In this document: in pieces, positions 1 to 10,314 of the stretch
Position numbering within the stretch: position 1 is the stretch's first letter
How the letters are laid out: every line of letters begins with the position of its first letter
From: a candidate division FCPU426 bacterium
Lineage (GTDB): Bacteria > Oederibacteriota > PGYV01 > Palsa-1178
Assembly: GCA_963840035.1 (NCBI GenBank)
Contig: CAWIXE010000001.1
Coordinates: 1,088,001-1,152,000, forward strand
Reading direction: 5' to 3'
DNA length: 64,000 nt
Notes under the pieces: generated by a model
Databases searched by the model: none
The model's input: the letters and a program-made list of their open reading frames with translations, nothing else
Told to the model about the DNA's origin: nothing
Program-made: the position numbers and the translations under genes

Positions 1-5
1 CGCTT

Positions 6-3000
6 GTGGATTCGATATTCAGAAAGTTCAACGTAAGGTCTATCCTTGGCGTCCCGGTTTATTCGGGAAAAAAAATGGCAGGAACAGTCACGCTGAACAT
101 TTGCAGCACAAACACAACCAAACATGAATGGCTTCCCGAAGATTATGAAATAATAGAGGATATTAGGAATATAATCTCTTCTGCCATATCGCTGCGTGCG
201 GCGGAATCTGAAGCCTCGGAAAAAGGCTCTATTTACAGCGACATATTTAACGGCACCGCGGAGATGATGTGCCTTATTAAGGACATAAAGCCGGGAAGAC
301 AGGCGCGCATCGCGGAGGTAAATGACACGGTATTAAAAAGGCTTGGTTATACAAGGGATGAACTCATCGGAGCCGGTTCGGACAAAATGTTTCCCGGAAA
401 AATGTTTGGAAGGGAACTAAAGAAAAACGGGTACATTACGCTTGAGCAATCAATAAGGGCAAAGTCAGGGGAGCTAATTCCCGCTGAAGTCACGGTAAAA
501 CTGCTTTCTAAGGACCCTGCCATGGCTGTTGTTTCCGGGACGGAATTAACAGAAAGAAAGAGGGAACAAAAGGCCCTGGCGGAATCAGAGGCAAGGTTCA
601 AGGCATTATACGAGAACGCGCCGGAGGCTTACCTTATGTATGATTCAAAGGGCGTGCTGACAGGCTCCAATAAAGCTGCTGAGGAACTGACCGGGTACCG
701 CGCAAGTGATAATATAGGGAAAAGCCTTTTTCGCAGCGGGATACTATTAAAGGAAGATTATCCGATAATGCTGAAAAACATGGCATTAAGGCTTCTGGGA
801 AAAGATCTGGGCGTGGTCGAATACAGGTTCAGGCACAAAAACGGCGAAATAGTTCCGGTTGAGCTGATTGCAAGGCCCATTACGATGTCCGGAAAAAAAT
901 ACCTGCTAGCTTTTGTAAGGGATTTAAGGCAGAGAAAAAAGGCGGAGGAACTCCTGAAGGCAGGTGAGGAAAAATTCAAACAAATCTTTGAGTACGCGCC
1001 CGATGCTTATTACATAATAGACAGCAAGGGGGTTTTTGTGGAAGGCAACCTCGCGGCAGAGAAAATGATAGGTTACGCGAGGAAGGACCTGATAGGAAAA
1101 AATTTGTTTAACCTCAACCTTGTATCCCCGGACCAGTTTCCCAGGGCTACCAGGGACATAATTAAAAATTTATCCGGAAAGTCGGCCGGCCCCACCGAGT
1201 ACCTTTTAAACCGCAGGGACGGGACAAAAGTCTGGGTGGAAGCGATGACCTACCCTATAAAAAGGGATGGACGGATTGTCCTGCTGGGCATAGCCAGGGA
1301 TATTACATCCAGAAAAAAAGATAATGAAGAAAAAGAGGTCATGAGGATAATTTCAGAGCTTTTTCTTGAAGTTAAGGGGCTTGACCAGATTTTTTCAGAA
1401 CTGCCGCAGATAATAGCGGGCACGTTCGGATATTCCATGTCGGCGGTAGTGCTTTATGATGAAAAAAATGACGAAGTCCTGTTTGTCGGCAATGAGGGGA
1501 TCTTTGATAATAATGAAGTGCTGCGCGCCCCTGCCTCGACAACCATGGCCGGCACAGTTATAAAAACCGGAAAACCGCTGCTAATCAGGAACATTGTTAA
1601 GCGAAAAGACTACACTTTCGAAAAACTAAAGGAAAAAAACGCGAAAGTTTTCCTGGGAGTGCCGATAAGGAACAGGAAAAAGGCGATTGGAGCGCTGGTG
1701 CTGGCCGATGTAAAGGAGAGGCCGGATTCGGAAAAGGTTTTTTCCCTGCTTCAGGCGATAGGAAATTATCTATCACAGGAGATCAGCCGGAGACGGTCGG
1801 AGGAAGCCCTAAAGTTAAGCGAGGAAAAATTCAGAAACATTGCCAATTACACGCATGATTGGGAATACTGGGTCGATGAAAACAACAGGTTTATATACTG
1901 TTCGCCGTCATGCGAGAGGATAACCGGGTATAAACCCGAGGAATTTATCAGCGACCCGGAATTAAGGGGCAGGATTGTCCATCCTGAATACAGGGATGTT
2001 TTTATGAGGCACCTGGCCGGAAGAGGAAGGGTAAAATCAGAAAACATAGACTACAAACTGATCAGGAAAGACGGCAGGGAAATATGGATGAACCACCTTT
2101 GCATTCAGGTGTTTGATTCTGAAGGCAACCCGGCAGGAAGGCGCGGAAGCGACAGGGATGTGACTGAGCGGGTGATAGCGGACCGCATAATGAAGGAAAG
2201 CGAAATGAAGTTCAGGGGGCTTTTTAACAACGCGAGCGACGCCATATTCCTCCACACAACAGGGGCTGGAAATATGCCGGGGCATTTCATAGAGGTTAAT
2301 GACGCGGCGTGCGCCAGGCTGGGTTATACCAGGGATGAAATTTTTTCCATGAGCCCGGCGGAACTTGACAGCCCTGAGTACGCGAAAAACATACCCGGCA
2401 TCATGGTAAAACTTGAAAGGACCGGACACGCCACATTTGAAAGCGAACACATGGCAAAGGACGGCAGGAAAATACCGGTGGAGATCAGCGCCCATATTTT
2501 TGAAATGGGCGGCGACAGGATGGTTGTCTCGCTTGCGCGCGACATAACAGACAGGAAAAAGGCCGAGGAGTCTCTCAGGGAAAAGGAAAGCAGGTTCAGG
2601 GCGATATTTGAGCAGGCAGCAGTAGGCATGGCATATATAGACCTTAAAGGTAACTTCATAGCCGCAAATGAAAAACTCTGCAGGATAACGGGTTACAGCC
2701 TTGCCGAGATTACGGCGCTGAATTCCGCGGAGATAACCCACCCGGATGATGTTGAGTCGGACATGGAAAATATAAGGAAACTCATAGACGGGTCTTTGCA
2801 AAATTTTTCCATTGAAAAAAGGTATATCAGGAAAGAACATGATGAAGTTTGGGTTAAGTTTACAGGCGCGCTTGTAAAGGATGTGTCTGACAGGGCAAAA
2901 TACATCATCGGTGTCATAGAGGATATTTCACTCAAGAAGTATACTGAAAACGCGTTGAAGGAAAATGAGGAAAAATACAGGTCGCTTTTTGAAAATATGA

Positions 3001-4859
3001 AGAACGGCTTCGCGTACCACAAAATATTGCTGGACAAGGAAGGGACGCCGTACGATTACGAATTCCTGGAGATTAACAGGGCTTTTGAGCAGATGACCGG
3101 GTTTAAAAGGGAAAATGTACTCGGAAGGAAGGTTACGGATGTAATTCCGGGGATATTAGACGATGTTTTTGACTGGGTCGGGAATTACGCTGGCGTGGCC
3201 ATATCCGGGCACCCGCTGAATTTTGAATCGTACAATAAACCCCTTGATAAGTGGTTTTCTGTAGCTGCCTATTCCAATAAAAAGAACCACTTTGCCACGA
3301 TCTTTACCGATATAACGGAAAAGAAGAAAACCGAAGAAAAAATAATGAAACTCTCCGCGGCAGTGGAACAGAGCGGCAGCATGGTATTGATAACCGACAC
3401 CGAAGGGGTCATTGAATATGTAAACCCGAAGTTTACGGATATTACCGGCTATGAACAGGCCGAAACGCTGGGCAAAAAGCCGAACCTGCTGAAGTCCGGC
3501 TATTTTTCAGCGGGGCAATATAAAGAACTGTGGGAAACAATTAAATCAGGAAAAGTATGGAGAGGGCAGTTCCATAATAAAAAGAAAAACGGGAGCCTTT
3601 ACTGGGAGTCCGCGTCCATATCACCGATAAAGAACGCTGAAGGCGTGATAATGAATTTTATAGCAATCAAAGAAGACATCACAGCGATGAAAGAGGCGGA
3701 AGCCCAGTTAACCCAGAGCAGGGACATGCTTTTTGACTTCCTGGAAAACGCCAATGATATGATACAGATAATCAGGCCTGATTATACATTTGAATATGTT
3801 AACAAAAAATGGATGGACACGCTGGGCTACGCGCCGGACAAGCTTTTCGGAATGACCATATTTGACATCATAATACCCGCCCACAGGGAAGGCTGCAGGG
3901 AACTTTTCAGCAGGATAATGAAAGGCGAAAAAGCGGAAAACATAGACACCGTGTTTCTCGCGGCGGACGGCAGGGAAATCATAGTGGAAGGCAACGCCAA
4001 CCTTTTTGTACAGGAAGGGGAGGTGCCTCAGACACGGGCTATTTTCAGGGATGTAACGGAAAAGCGGCTGGCGGAAAATAACCTCAAGGCCAATTATGAA
4101 AAATTAAAAGAGCTTGATATCATGAAGTCTAACTTCACCGCGATGGTATCCCATGAGCTCCGGACGCCCCTGACTTCCATAAAGGGTTTTTCCTCGTTCC
4201 TTCAGGGCGGCGTCGGCGGGACTTTAAGCCCCAAACAGCTGGAGTTTGTGGATATTATCAGGAGCAACTCTGACAGGCTTTTAAACCTCATAAACGAGAT
4301 ACTGGACATATCAAAGGTTGAGTCCGGAACATTCTCTGTGGACAAGCAGCTGACAAATATTGTCTTTGTTGTGGACAAGGCGATAAATGACATGTCATCG
4401 GTTGCGACCCGGCAGGGTATTTCAGTCGCGAAGGATTTTAAGAAGGAGATAATCCAGGCAAAAGCTGACGAGTACAGGGTGTCCCAGGTGGTGATAAATC
4501 TATTAAATAACGCCATTAAGTTCTCGCCGGAAAAATCAACTATTACCGTGGGCGCTGACATAGTGCCCCATGACAGGATTAAAGTTCCGGCATACGCGGG
4601 ATGGATGCCTGAAGCTGATAAAAAATACGCTTTAATATGGGTTAAAGACGAGGGTAAAGGCATTGCCGCTGAAAACTTAAGCAAGGTTTTTGACAGGTTC
4701 TTTCAGGTATCCGACAAGGACCATAAGATATTCAAAGGCGTAGGGTTGGGGCTTAATATTACAAAGGCAATTGTTGAGGCGCATAATGGGGCGGTATGGG
4801 CAGAATCAGGGGGGCATGGAAAAGGGTCGGAATTTTATGTAATGCTTCCTATATTATAA
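6..4859 (+). CDS. Large multi-PAS/GAF sensor histidine kinase (probably 5'-truncated by the window edge)
   Basis: Many PAS/PAC repeats, GAF-like segments, H-box SHELRTPL, N-box NLLNNAIKFS, G-boxes DEGKG and GVGLGL; frame is open from the window start. Confidence 0.93.
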   Translation: MDSIFRKFNVRSILGVPVYSGKKMAGTVTLNICSTNTTKHEWLPEDYEIIEDIRNIISSAISLRAAESEASEKGSIYSDIFNGTAEMMCLIKDIKPGRQARIAEVNDTVLKRLGYTRDELIGAGSDKMFPGKMFGRELKKNGYITLEQSIRAKSGELIPAEVTVKLLSKDPAMAVVSGTELTERKREQKALAESEARFKALYENAPEAYLMYDSKGVLTGSNKAAEELTGYRASDNIGKSLFRSGILLKEDYPIMLKNMALRLLGKDLGVVEYRFRHKNGEIVPVELIARPITMSGKKYLLAFVRDLRQRKKAEELLKAGEEKFKQIFEYAPDAYYIIDSKGVFVEGNLAAEKMIGYARKDLIGKNLFNLNLVSPDQFPRATRDIIKNLSGKSAGPTEYLLNRRDGTKVWVEAMTYPIKRDGRIVLLGIARDITSRKKDNEEKEVMRIISELFLEVKGLDQIFSELPQIIAGTFGYSMSAVVLYDEKNDEVLFVGNEGIFDNNEVLRAPASTTMAGTVIKTGKPLLIRNIVKRKDYTFEKLKEKNAKVFLGVPIRNRKKAIGALVLADVKERPDSEKVFSLLQAIGNYLSQEISRRRSEEALKLSEEKFRNIANYTHDWEYWVDENNRFIYCSPSCERITGYKPEEFISDPELRGRIVHPEYRDVFMRHLAGRGRVKSENIDYKLIRKDGREIWMNHLCIQVFDSEGNPAGRRGSDRDVTERVIADRIMKESEMKFRGLFNNASDAIFLHTTGAGNMPGHFIEVNDAACARLGYTRDEIFSMSPAELDSPEYAKNIPGIMVKLERTGHATFESEHMAKDGRKIPVEISAHIFEMGGDRMVVSLARDITDRKKAEESLREKESRFRAIFEQAAVGMAYIDLKGNFIAANEKLCRITGYSLAEITALNSAEITHPDDVESDMENIRKLIDGSLQNFSIEKRYIRKEHDEVWVKFTGALVKDVSDRAKYIIGVIEDISLKKYTENALKENEEKYRSLFENMKNGFAYHKILLDKEGTPYDYEFLEINRAFEQMTGFKRENVLGRKVTDVIPGILDDVFDWVGNYAGVAISGHPLNFESYNKPLDKWFSVAAYSNKKNHFATIFTDITEKKKTEEKIMKLSAAVEQSGSMVLITDTEGVIEYVNPKFTDITGYEQAETLGKKPNLLKSGYFSAGQYKELWETIKSGKVWRGQFHNKKKNGSLYWESASISPIKNAEGVIMNFIAIKEDITAMKEAEAQLTQSRDMLFDFLENANDMIQIIRPDYTFEYVNKKWMDTLGYAPDKLFGMTIFDIIIPAHREGCRELFSRIMKGEKAENIDTVFLAADGREIIVEGNANLFVQEGEVPQTRAIFRDVTEKRLAENNLKANYEKLKELDIMKSNFTAMVSHELRTPLTSIKGFSSFLQGGVGGTLSPKQLEFVDIIRSNSDRLLNLINEILDISKVESGTFSVDKQLTNIVFVVDKAINDMSSVATRQGISVAKDFKKEIIQAKADEYRVSQVVINLLNNAIKFSPEKSTITVGADIVPHDRIKVPAYAGWMPEADKKYALIWVKDEGKGIAAENLSKVFDRFFQVSDKDHKIFKGVGLGLNITKAIVEAHNGAVWAESGGHGKGSEFYVMLPIL

Positions 4860-4939
4860 CGCTGAGCTTTGAGAAAACTATTATAAGGTATTTTGGCATG
4901 TTTTATTGGGATTTTATAAGCAAAAAATCAAGAAAAACC

Positions 4940-4968
4940 TTGTAAAATAAGGTTTTTTGGGGTATTAT
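4940..4968 (+). promoter_or_regulatory. Putative sigma70 promoter (TTGTAA-17-TATTAT) with overlapping inverted repeat AAAAACCTT/AAGGTTTTT
   Basis: 17-bp spacer; upstream of AAGGAGG RBS and the ORF at 5002. Confidence 0.55.
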
Positions 4969-5001
4969 ATACATACATAAGGTGATGTTTAAGGAGGTCC
5001 A

Positions 5002-5784
5002 ATGCGAGGAACAATAAGTAGTATAAGTGTTGCCGGAATGCTGCGGTTATTGTGCAGTTATGGCAAAACAGGGGTGCTCAATGTTGACTCCGGCAGGGTA
5101 AAAGGCCGTATAGAAATAATAAACGGCGAGGTTACGGATGCCTCCGCCGAGAAAACACTTCTGCAGGCTGCGGATAAACGCTCCACCATAATACAGCTCC
5201 TTCTGGCCATCGAGGAAGGTTCGTTTTACTTCGAAGAAAAATCACTCCCTTCAAAAAAACCTGTCGGCATATGCGTGGAAGATGTCATACTCGAAAGCGC
5301 CAGGATTATTTGTTCGGATTTTTCCGGAAAGATTCCGGTCAAGGACCTGATACTTCCGGAGAACGAGGTACTTAAAACAGCCAAATTTACCGCAGGAAGA
5401 AAGATATCAATATCATTCCTTTCAGACGAATGGAACCTCCTGGGTTCGTTTAATGGCGATTCAAATATAGGCGCGGCCCTGGAAGAATCGGGCGTGGAAA
5501 AATCAAAAGCCGAGATAATAATGTACGGCCTTGTGGCGGCAGGACTTGTCCGCAGGATGAGGTTTAAAATACCCGAGGTTGCCAGGCTGGCAAAAGACGA
5601 GCTGGGGAATATCGGCGCGGCCATAGTGGATAATGAATTCTCAAAGCAGAAGATAGACAGGAGAAAGATGGGCATGAAGAACTTTATCGGGCTTTTAAAC
5701 GGCCTTGAAATATCCTTCTCCGAGATAGTGGGTAAAACAAAAGCAAAAGAAATAATAGAAAAGATATGGAGCGCTACTAAGTAA
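5002..5784 (+). CDS. DUF4388 (PatA_N-like) domain protein
   Basis: N-terminus MRGTISSISVAGMLRLL...KTGVLNV...G.I.I.NGEV..A...EEGSFYF is typical of DUF4388; strong RBS. Confidence 0.75.
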   Translation: MRGTISSISVAGMLRLLCSYGKTGVLNVDSGRVKGRIEIINGEVTDASAEKTLLQAADKRSTIIQLLLAIEEGSFYFEEKSLPSKKPVGICVEDVILESARIICSDFSGKIPVKDLILPENEVLKTAKFTAGRKISISFLSDEWNLLGSFNGDSNIGAALEESGVEKSKAEIIMYGLVAAGLVRRMRFKIPEVARLAKDELGNIGAAIVDNEFSKQKIDRRKMGMKNFIGLLNGLEISFSEIVGKTKAKEIIEKIWSATK

Positions 5785-5824
5785 AGAAAATTACCAATTA
5801 CTAATGTGTGAAAAGGAGTAAATC

Positions 5825-6166
5825 ATGACTGAAGAAGCTTTGCAGTTATACAGCCACGTTATGGCGTTTATGAGCGGCATACTTTTCTGGGCCGCGTTTC
5901 TGGTTTTTGGGTTCATAGCCAGGAGGTATAAGGTGGTGTTTAACAAGGAGACTTACCACGGGCTACTGATGACGGCGCCGTCCGGAATACTTATTTATGC
6001 CATCCTTATGATTCTGCGGTCTTCGATGTTCATAAAACAGGCTCAGATAAATGACGCGATTCAGATAACCGCGTATGTTTTCCTGCTTGGTTCGGCGCTG
6101 CTGTGCCTTGCGGGTATTTTAAAATTCGGCAGACTCATAGATGAGCTGCAAAAATACAAGGGGTAA
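5825..6166 (+). CDS. Small 3-TM membrane protein
   Basis: Three hydrophobic segments, AAGGAG RBS, operon spacing. Confidence 0.75.
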   Translation: MTEEALQLYSHVMAFMSGILFWAAFLVFGFIARRYKVVFNKETYHGLLMTAPSGILIYAILMILRSSMFIKQAQINDAIQITAYVFLLGSALLCLAGILKFGRLIDELQKYKG

Positions 6167-6168
6167 AC

Positions 6169-6567
6169 ATGAAGGCTGATATATTGTTATATGAAGCTGG
6201 CATAGTAGTCCTTATCGTGGCGATTATTGCCATGGCGTTTGTCCTGAGAAAGCTTACCATGATAGTAAAACAGAAACAGTCCATATGGCTTCTGCCGGTG
6301 GCGGCAGCCCTGCTGCTTGCAGCGGCCCTGGGTTTCCACGCTTACGCCAGTTTTAAGCTGCTTCCGGATATGGGGGCGAAAATAAGCATGATGTCATCGC
6401 AGGAAGCGCTTCTTGACGCCGTGAAAATGGACGAGGTTAAGGCTTCGGCGCAGGCCATGAAGACACAGATGATAAACCTGAAGGCCGCTTCCTTTACCTG
6501 TTTTTTTGCAGCGGCTCTGATGCTGCTGATATCTACGGCGGTATATATAAGGTGGATCTCAAAATAA
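6169..6567 (+). CDS. Small 3-TM membrane protein
   Basis: Three hydrophobic segments; starts 2 bp after the previous stop. Confidence 0.75.
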   Translation: MKADILLYEAGIVVLIVAIIAMAFVLRKLTMIVKQKQSIWLLPVAAALLLAAALGFHAYASFKLLPDMGAKISMMSSQEALLDAVKMDEVKASAQAMKTQMINLKAASFTCFFAAALMLLISTAVYIRWISK

Positions 6568-6618
6568 CGGAGTATATAAAATCGGGCGCTTATTGCCCTT
6601 TAAAACGGAGGTAAGAGA

Positions 6619-6999
6619 ATGTCTGAAAAAATGAAAATAATGGTCGTTGATGACGAACCGGACATAGTTAAGATCGTAAAAATCGCCATGGAGCTTGCCA
6701 ATTATGAGATTTTCGAGGCATACAGCGGCGAGGAATGCCTGGAAAAACTTTCAAAGCTTGCGTCCCCTCCGAGCCTGATTCTGCTCGACATAATGATGCC
6801 GGGCATGAGCGGCTACGAGACCTGCGCCAAGATCAGGGAAAACAGCGCCTATAAAGCCGTGAAAGTCGTGATGCTCACAGCCAAGGGGCAAAAAGGCGAC
6901 GCTGAGGAAGGCCTGAAAGTCGGGGCTGATGATTACATCATAAAGCCTTTTGATCCGTATGAACTTATTGAGCAGGTAAAAGAAATACTCGAAAGATAA
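6619..6999 (+). CDS. Single-domain response regulator (receiver)
   Basis: VVDDE, LLDIMMP, MLTAK, GADDYIIKPF motifs. Confidence 0.93.
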   Translation: MSEKMKIMVVDDEPDIVKIVKIAMELANYEIFEAYSGEECLEKLSKLASPPSLILLDIMMPGMSGYETCAKIRENSAYKAVKVVMLTAKGQKGDAEEGLKVGADDYIIKPFDPYELIEQVKEILER

Positions 7000-7010
7000 C
7001 CGGGGGCGCC

Positions 7011-7937
7011 ATGCTCACTTCAATTGAAATGCGCAAAAGGTATGTCATATATGTAAGGGCCATCCTGTCACTTACCATAGTCCTGGTAGCCTTATATAAT
7101 TATTCCGTTTTTGAAATACCGGTTGTGCCGGCGATTATTTATATGGTCCTGCTTGTTTTAAGCAATTTCGGGTTCATGTTCGTCCCGGCGGGCTTGTATA
7201 AAGGCATCAAGCTGCACTACCTGGTTTTTCTCCTGGACCTGGCATTCCTTGTTGTGGGCGCGTTTATTTTCACGCAGATGAACCTGACTTTTTTAATAGC
7301 CATATTCCTCACCATATTCATTTCGTCATTGAGCCAATCCGTAGGTTTAAGCCTCGTTGTGGCCCTTGTGGTGGATGCTGTATACATTTACATCATGTAC
7401 ATAACCGGAGGGCTGAACTACAGCCTCATGAATGACAGGGCGCTTTTGAACCTGCCGTTCATGCTCATCGTCGCGCTGCATTCAAGCTATCTGGCTGAGA
7501 AAGCCAATGAGGAACTTTCCGAACGCGGCGCGCTTGAGAAGATAAACGTCCTGCTCACAAAAAAAATAATATCAAAAAGCGAGCAGATAAACGCGGTCAC
7601 GCAGTTTAACGATTATTTCTGCGACAGCTTTAAGAACGCCGTCATAATTCTCAATGACGAGGGGGCGGTCAAGATGTTCAATAAATCGGCGGAACGCGTC
7701 TTCGGGCTTAAACAGGCGGCAGTGCTCAATACGCCGGTTAAAGACCTGGAAATACCGCGGCAGCTAAAGGAATGCATCATGAACCTGCAGTTTAAAAAAC
7801 AGGAATCCGACGACGTAAAAATGAGCATAGGCGAGGGCGCTGTAAAAAAAATCGCGGCCACAACCACATTCATTAAGAATTCAAGGGCGGAAATAATCGG
7901 GATACTTTGCTCTGTCAGGGAGGTCGCCGGGGAATAA
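7011..7937 (+). CDS. Multi-TM membrane sensor with C-terminal PAS domain and no output domain
   Basis: About 5-6 TM segments, a coiled region, then PAS (AVIILNDEG.V.MFNKSAERVFG...IIGILCSVRE). Confidence 0.75.
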   Translation: MLTSIEMRKRYVIYVRAILSLTIVLVALYNYSVFEIPVVPAIIYMVLLVLSNFGFMFVPAGLYKGIKLHYLVFLLDLAFLVVGAFIFTQMNLTFLIAIFLTIFISSLSQSVGLSLVVALVVDAVYIYIMYITGGLNYSLMNDRALLNLPFMLIVALHSSYLAEKANEELSERGALEKINVLLTKKIISKSEQINAVTQFNDYFCDSFKNAVIILNDEGAVKMFNKSAERVFGLKQAAVLNTPVKDLEIPRQLKECIMNLQFKKQESDDVKMSIGEGAVKKIAATTTFIKNSRAEIIGILCSVREVAGE

Positions 7938-9589
7938 TGGGAAAAACACTCAATGAGGAACTTTTTTCCGCCGTTTACAACCTTGACCTGAAAAAAATAA
8001 AGGAATGCCTGAATGCCGGGGCAGATGTAAATGCCAGGGGGTTCGGTTCCTACAGCGTGCTCGGGCTTGCGGTGGAAAAAGGGGACCTTAATATAATCAG
8101 GGAACTTGTGCACGCGGGGGCAAAACTTGACACCATGCAGGGGAAAGTCGGTTCGGAGCTGATAAGCGCGATTAAAAAAGGGGCTACGGGCATAGCGGTG
8201 ATGCTCATAAAAGCCGGGGCTAACATAAACGCCGAGGATTTTGACCACAATACAGTGCTCATGATAGCGGCAGGAAAAGGGAACATGGATGTTGTAAGCG
8301 AGTTGCTGGAAAATAAAGCGGATGTAAACGCGAAGAACCTCGATAACAATACAGCGCTTATACTGGCGTGCCAGAAAAACAGCATTGAGGTTGTGAGGGC
8401 CCTGTTAAAAGCCGGGGCGGATGTCCATGCGAAAGGCAACGCGAGAAAAAGCCCTGTCATCATCGCTTCAGAAAGCGGCGCGACACAGATAGTCAAGCAG
8501 CTTATCAAGGCGGGGGCTGATGTCAACGACAGGGACTTCGACGGAAACACGCCGCTTATACTTGCCACAATAAAAGGGGACACTGAAACTGTAAAAGAAC
8601 TCATACTGGCGGGCGCCGATGTCAACCTTAAAGGCTACGGAAACTATACCGCGCTTATACTTGCCGTGGAAAACGGCCACAGTGACATCATTAAGGAACT
8701 TCTGCTTGTCAAGCCAAAGGTCAACGAGGAAAACAATGACGGAGAGACCGCGCTTATAGTGGCCGTAAAAAAAGGGGACACGGAAACGGCGGCGGAGCTT
8801 ATCAAGGCGGGTGCCCATGTAAATTCAAGGGACCTTCACGGGGAGCCCATACTCATGCTGGCCATAGAAAAAAAGGACCACAGGATGGCATCGCTGCTAA
8901 TTGAGGCGGGCGCGTCGACTGACGGCCGCGACGCTAAAAAAAATACCGCCCTGATTTACGCCGCGGAAAAGGGCGATTACGAGACTGTGGATATGCTCAT
9001 TAAAGCGAAGTCGGACGTAAATGGCAGGGGGTTCGGCACATATTCGCCGCTGTTCTTTGCGGCAAAAAACGGCCACTTAAAGGTGGTTGAAAGGCTCATG
9101 GAAGCCGGCGCTGACATAAACGCCCGCGGTTACGGCAGGTACACTCCGCTTCATTTTGCCGTGGAAAACAGGTATTTTGAGATTGCCATAAAACTGATAA
9201 AAGCCGGGGCTGACATCGGCGCAAAAAATCTTTTTGGATCCACGCCTTTCATCATAGCCGCGGACAAAGGATACTCGCTTATAGCCTTTGAATTATTGAA
9301 TGCCGGCTCCGATGTCAACGCGAAAGACAGCAATTTGAATACCTCACTGATACTTGCGGCTGAAAAAGGCCATGACGACCTGATATCGCTGCTTGCGCGT
9401 GGAGGGGCTTATATAAACTCGGCGAATAAGGACGGGGATACGGCATTGATGCTGGCCGCGCGGGAAGGGCATGAAGATTCTGTGAAAAAACTTATTGCGC
9501 TTGGAGCGGACAGGTCCATTAAAAATACTGAAGGTAAGGACGCGGCGGCTCTTGCCACGCCAAATGTGAGGAAACTGCTGGATGCATGA
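7937..9589 (+). CDS. Ankyrin-repeat protein (about 16 repeats)
   Basis: Repeated TAL/TPL..AA..G...LI.AGADVN units; ATG at 7937 overlaps the previous TAA (TAATG). Confidence 0.92.
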   Translation: MGKTLNEELFSAVYNLDLKKIKECLNAGADVNARGFGSYSVLGLAVEKGDLNIIRELVHAGAKLDTMQGKVGSELISAIKKGATGIAVMLIKAGANINAEDFDHNTVLMIAAGKGNMDVVSELLENKADVNAKNLDNNTALILACQKNSIEVVRALLKAGADVHAKGNARKSPVIIASESGATQIVKQLIKAGADVNDRDFDGNTPLILATIKGDTETVKELILAGADVNLKGYGNYTALILAVENGHSDIIKELLLVKPKVNEENNDGETALIVAVKKGDTETAAELIKAGAHVNSRDLHGEPILMLAIEKKDHRMASLLIEAGASTDGRDAKKNTALIYAAEKGDYETVDMLIKAKSDVNGRGFGTYSPLFFAAKNGHLKVVERLMEAGADINARGYGRYTPLHFAVENRYFEIAIKLIKAGADIGAKNLFGSTPFIIAADKGYSLIAFELLNAGSDVNAKDSNLNTSLILAAEKGHDDLISLLARGGAYINSANKDGDTALMLAAREGHEDSVKKLIALGADRSIKNTEGKDAAALATPNVRKLLDA

Positions 9590-10000
9590 TTACGGGCGTT
9601 TGTTCTTATCCGTGATCTTTTTTCTTACGTCAATTCTCTCAAAAATCTCATCGATCTTTTTCATGAGTTTTGTCGGGGAAAATGGTTTTGTGACATAATC
9701 CAGCCCGGAAAGTTTCAGCCCCTGGTCGATATCGGCGCGGGATGTTCTGGCGCTTAAGAAAATAACCGGAGGCGTATGGGAGTGCATATTAAGCCGCATT
9801 TGTTTGACTGTTTCAAAACCGTCCATGCCCGGCATCATGACATCCATTATAATCAGTTCGGGGTGGGTTTCACCGGCACAATCGACGGCTTCTTTGCCGT
9901 TTACAGCGGTTATGACATCATATTTTTCTGAAAGGGTTTCTTTTACCGCGGATAGGATTTCGGGTTCATCATCCACCGCGAGGATTTTTCTGCGCTCCAT
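9590..10000 (-). CDS. Single-domain response regulator (receiver)
   Basis: LAVDDE, IMDVMMP, FLSA, DYVTKPF; AAGGAGGT RBS. Confidence 0.92.
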   Translation of the reverse strand: MERRKILAVDDEPEILSAVKETLSEKYDVITAVNGKEAVDCAGETHPELIIMDVMMPGMDGFETVKQMRLNMHSHTPPVIFLSARTSRADIDQGLKLSGLDYVTKPFSPTKLMKKIDEIFERIDVRKKITDKNKRP

Positions 10001-10087
10001 TTTGCACCTCCTTATGTAATAATGATATCATATTAAGTATTGAAAAAAAGGAAAATTTTTAAATTTTGGAATATCGGGCTTGAAGCG

Positions 10088-10240
10088 TGTCATGGCGGGG
10101 AGCCGTATTTGTTTTACGGCGACGAAGCCGTTCGACTGGTTCACGATGGTGAGTTCATCGAACCACAATCTCGCTTTAACCGTATAAAACAGCTGGATTG
10201 CTTCGCCGGCATGTTACAAATACGCTTCCTCGCAATGACA
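10088..10240. repeat. Palindromic repeat element with a second palindrome nested at 10129-10166
   Basis: TGTCATGGCGGGGAGC...GCTTCCTCGCAATGACA ends; CGAAGC/AATC versus GATTGCTTCG arm interrupted by GTTCGAC...TCGAAC. Confidence 0.6.
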
Positions 10241-10314
10241 GTTTAAAGTCTGTAAACAGATCTTATCAAGAGCACGGATTTTTTTGATAAAGAAAAACAC
10301 CGCAGGAGAAAAAC

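Noticed and set aside
4893..4910. TTGGCATG...TTGG as a sigma54 promoter
   Set aside because: No GC at the -12 position; spacing is wrong
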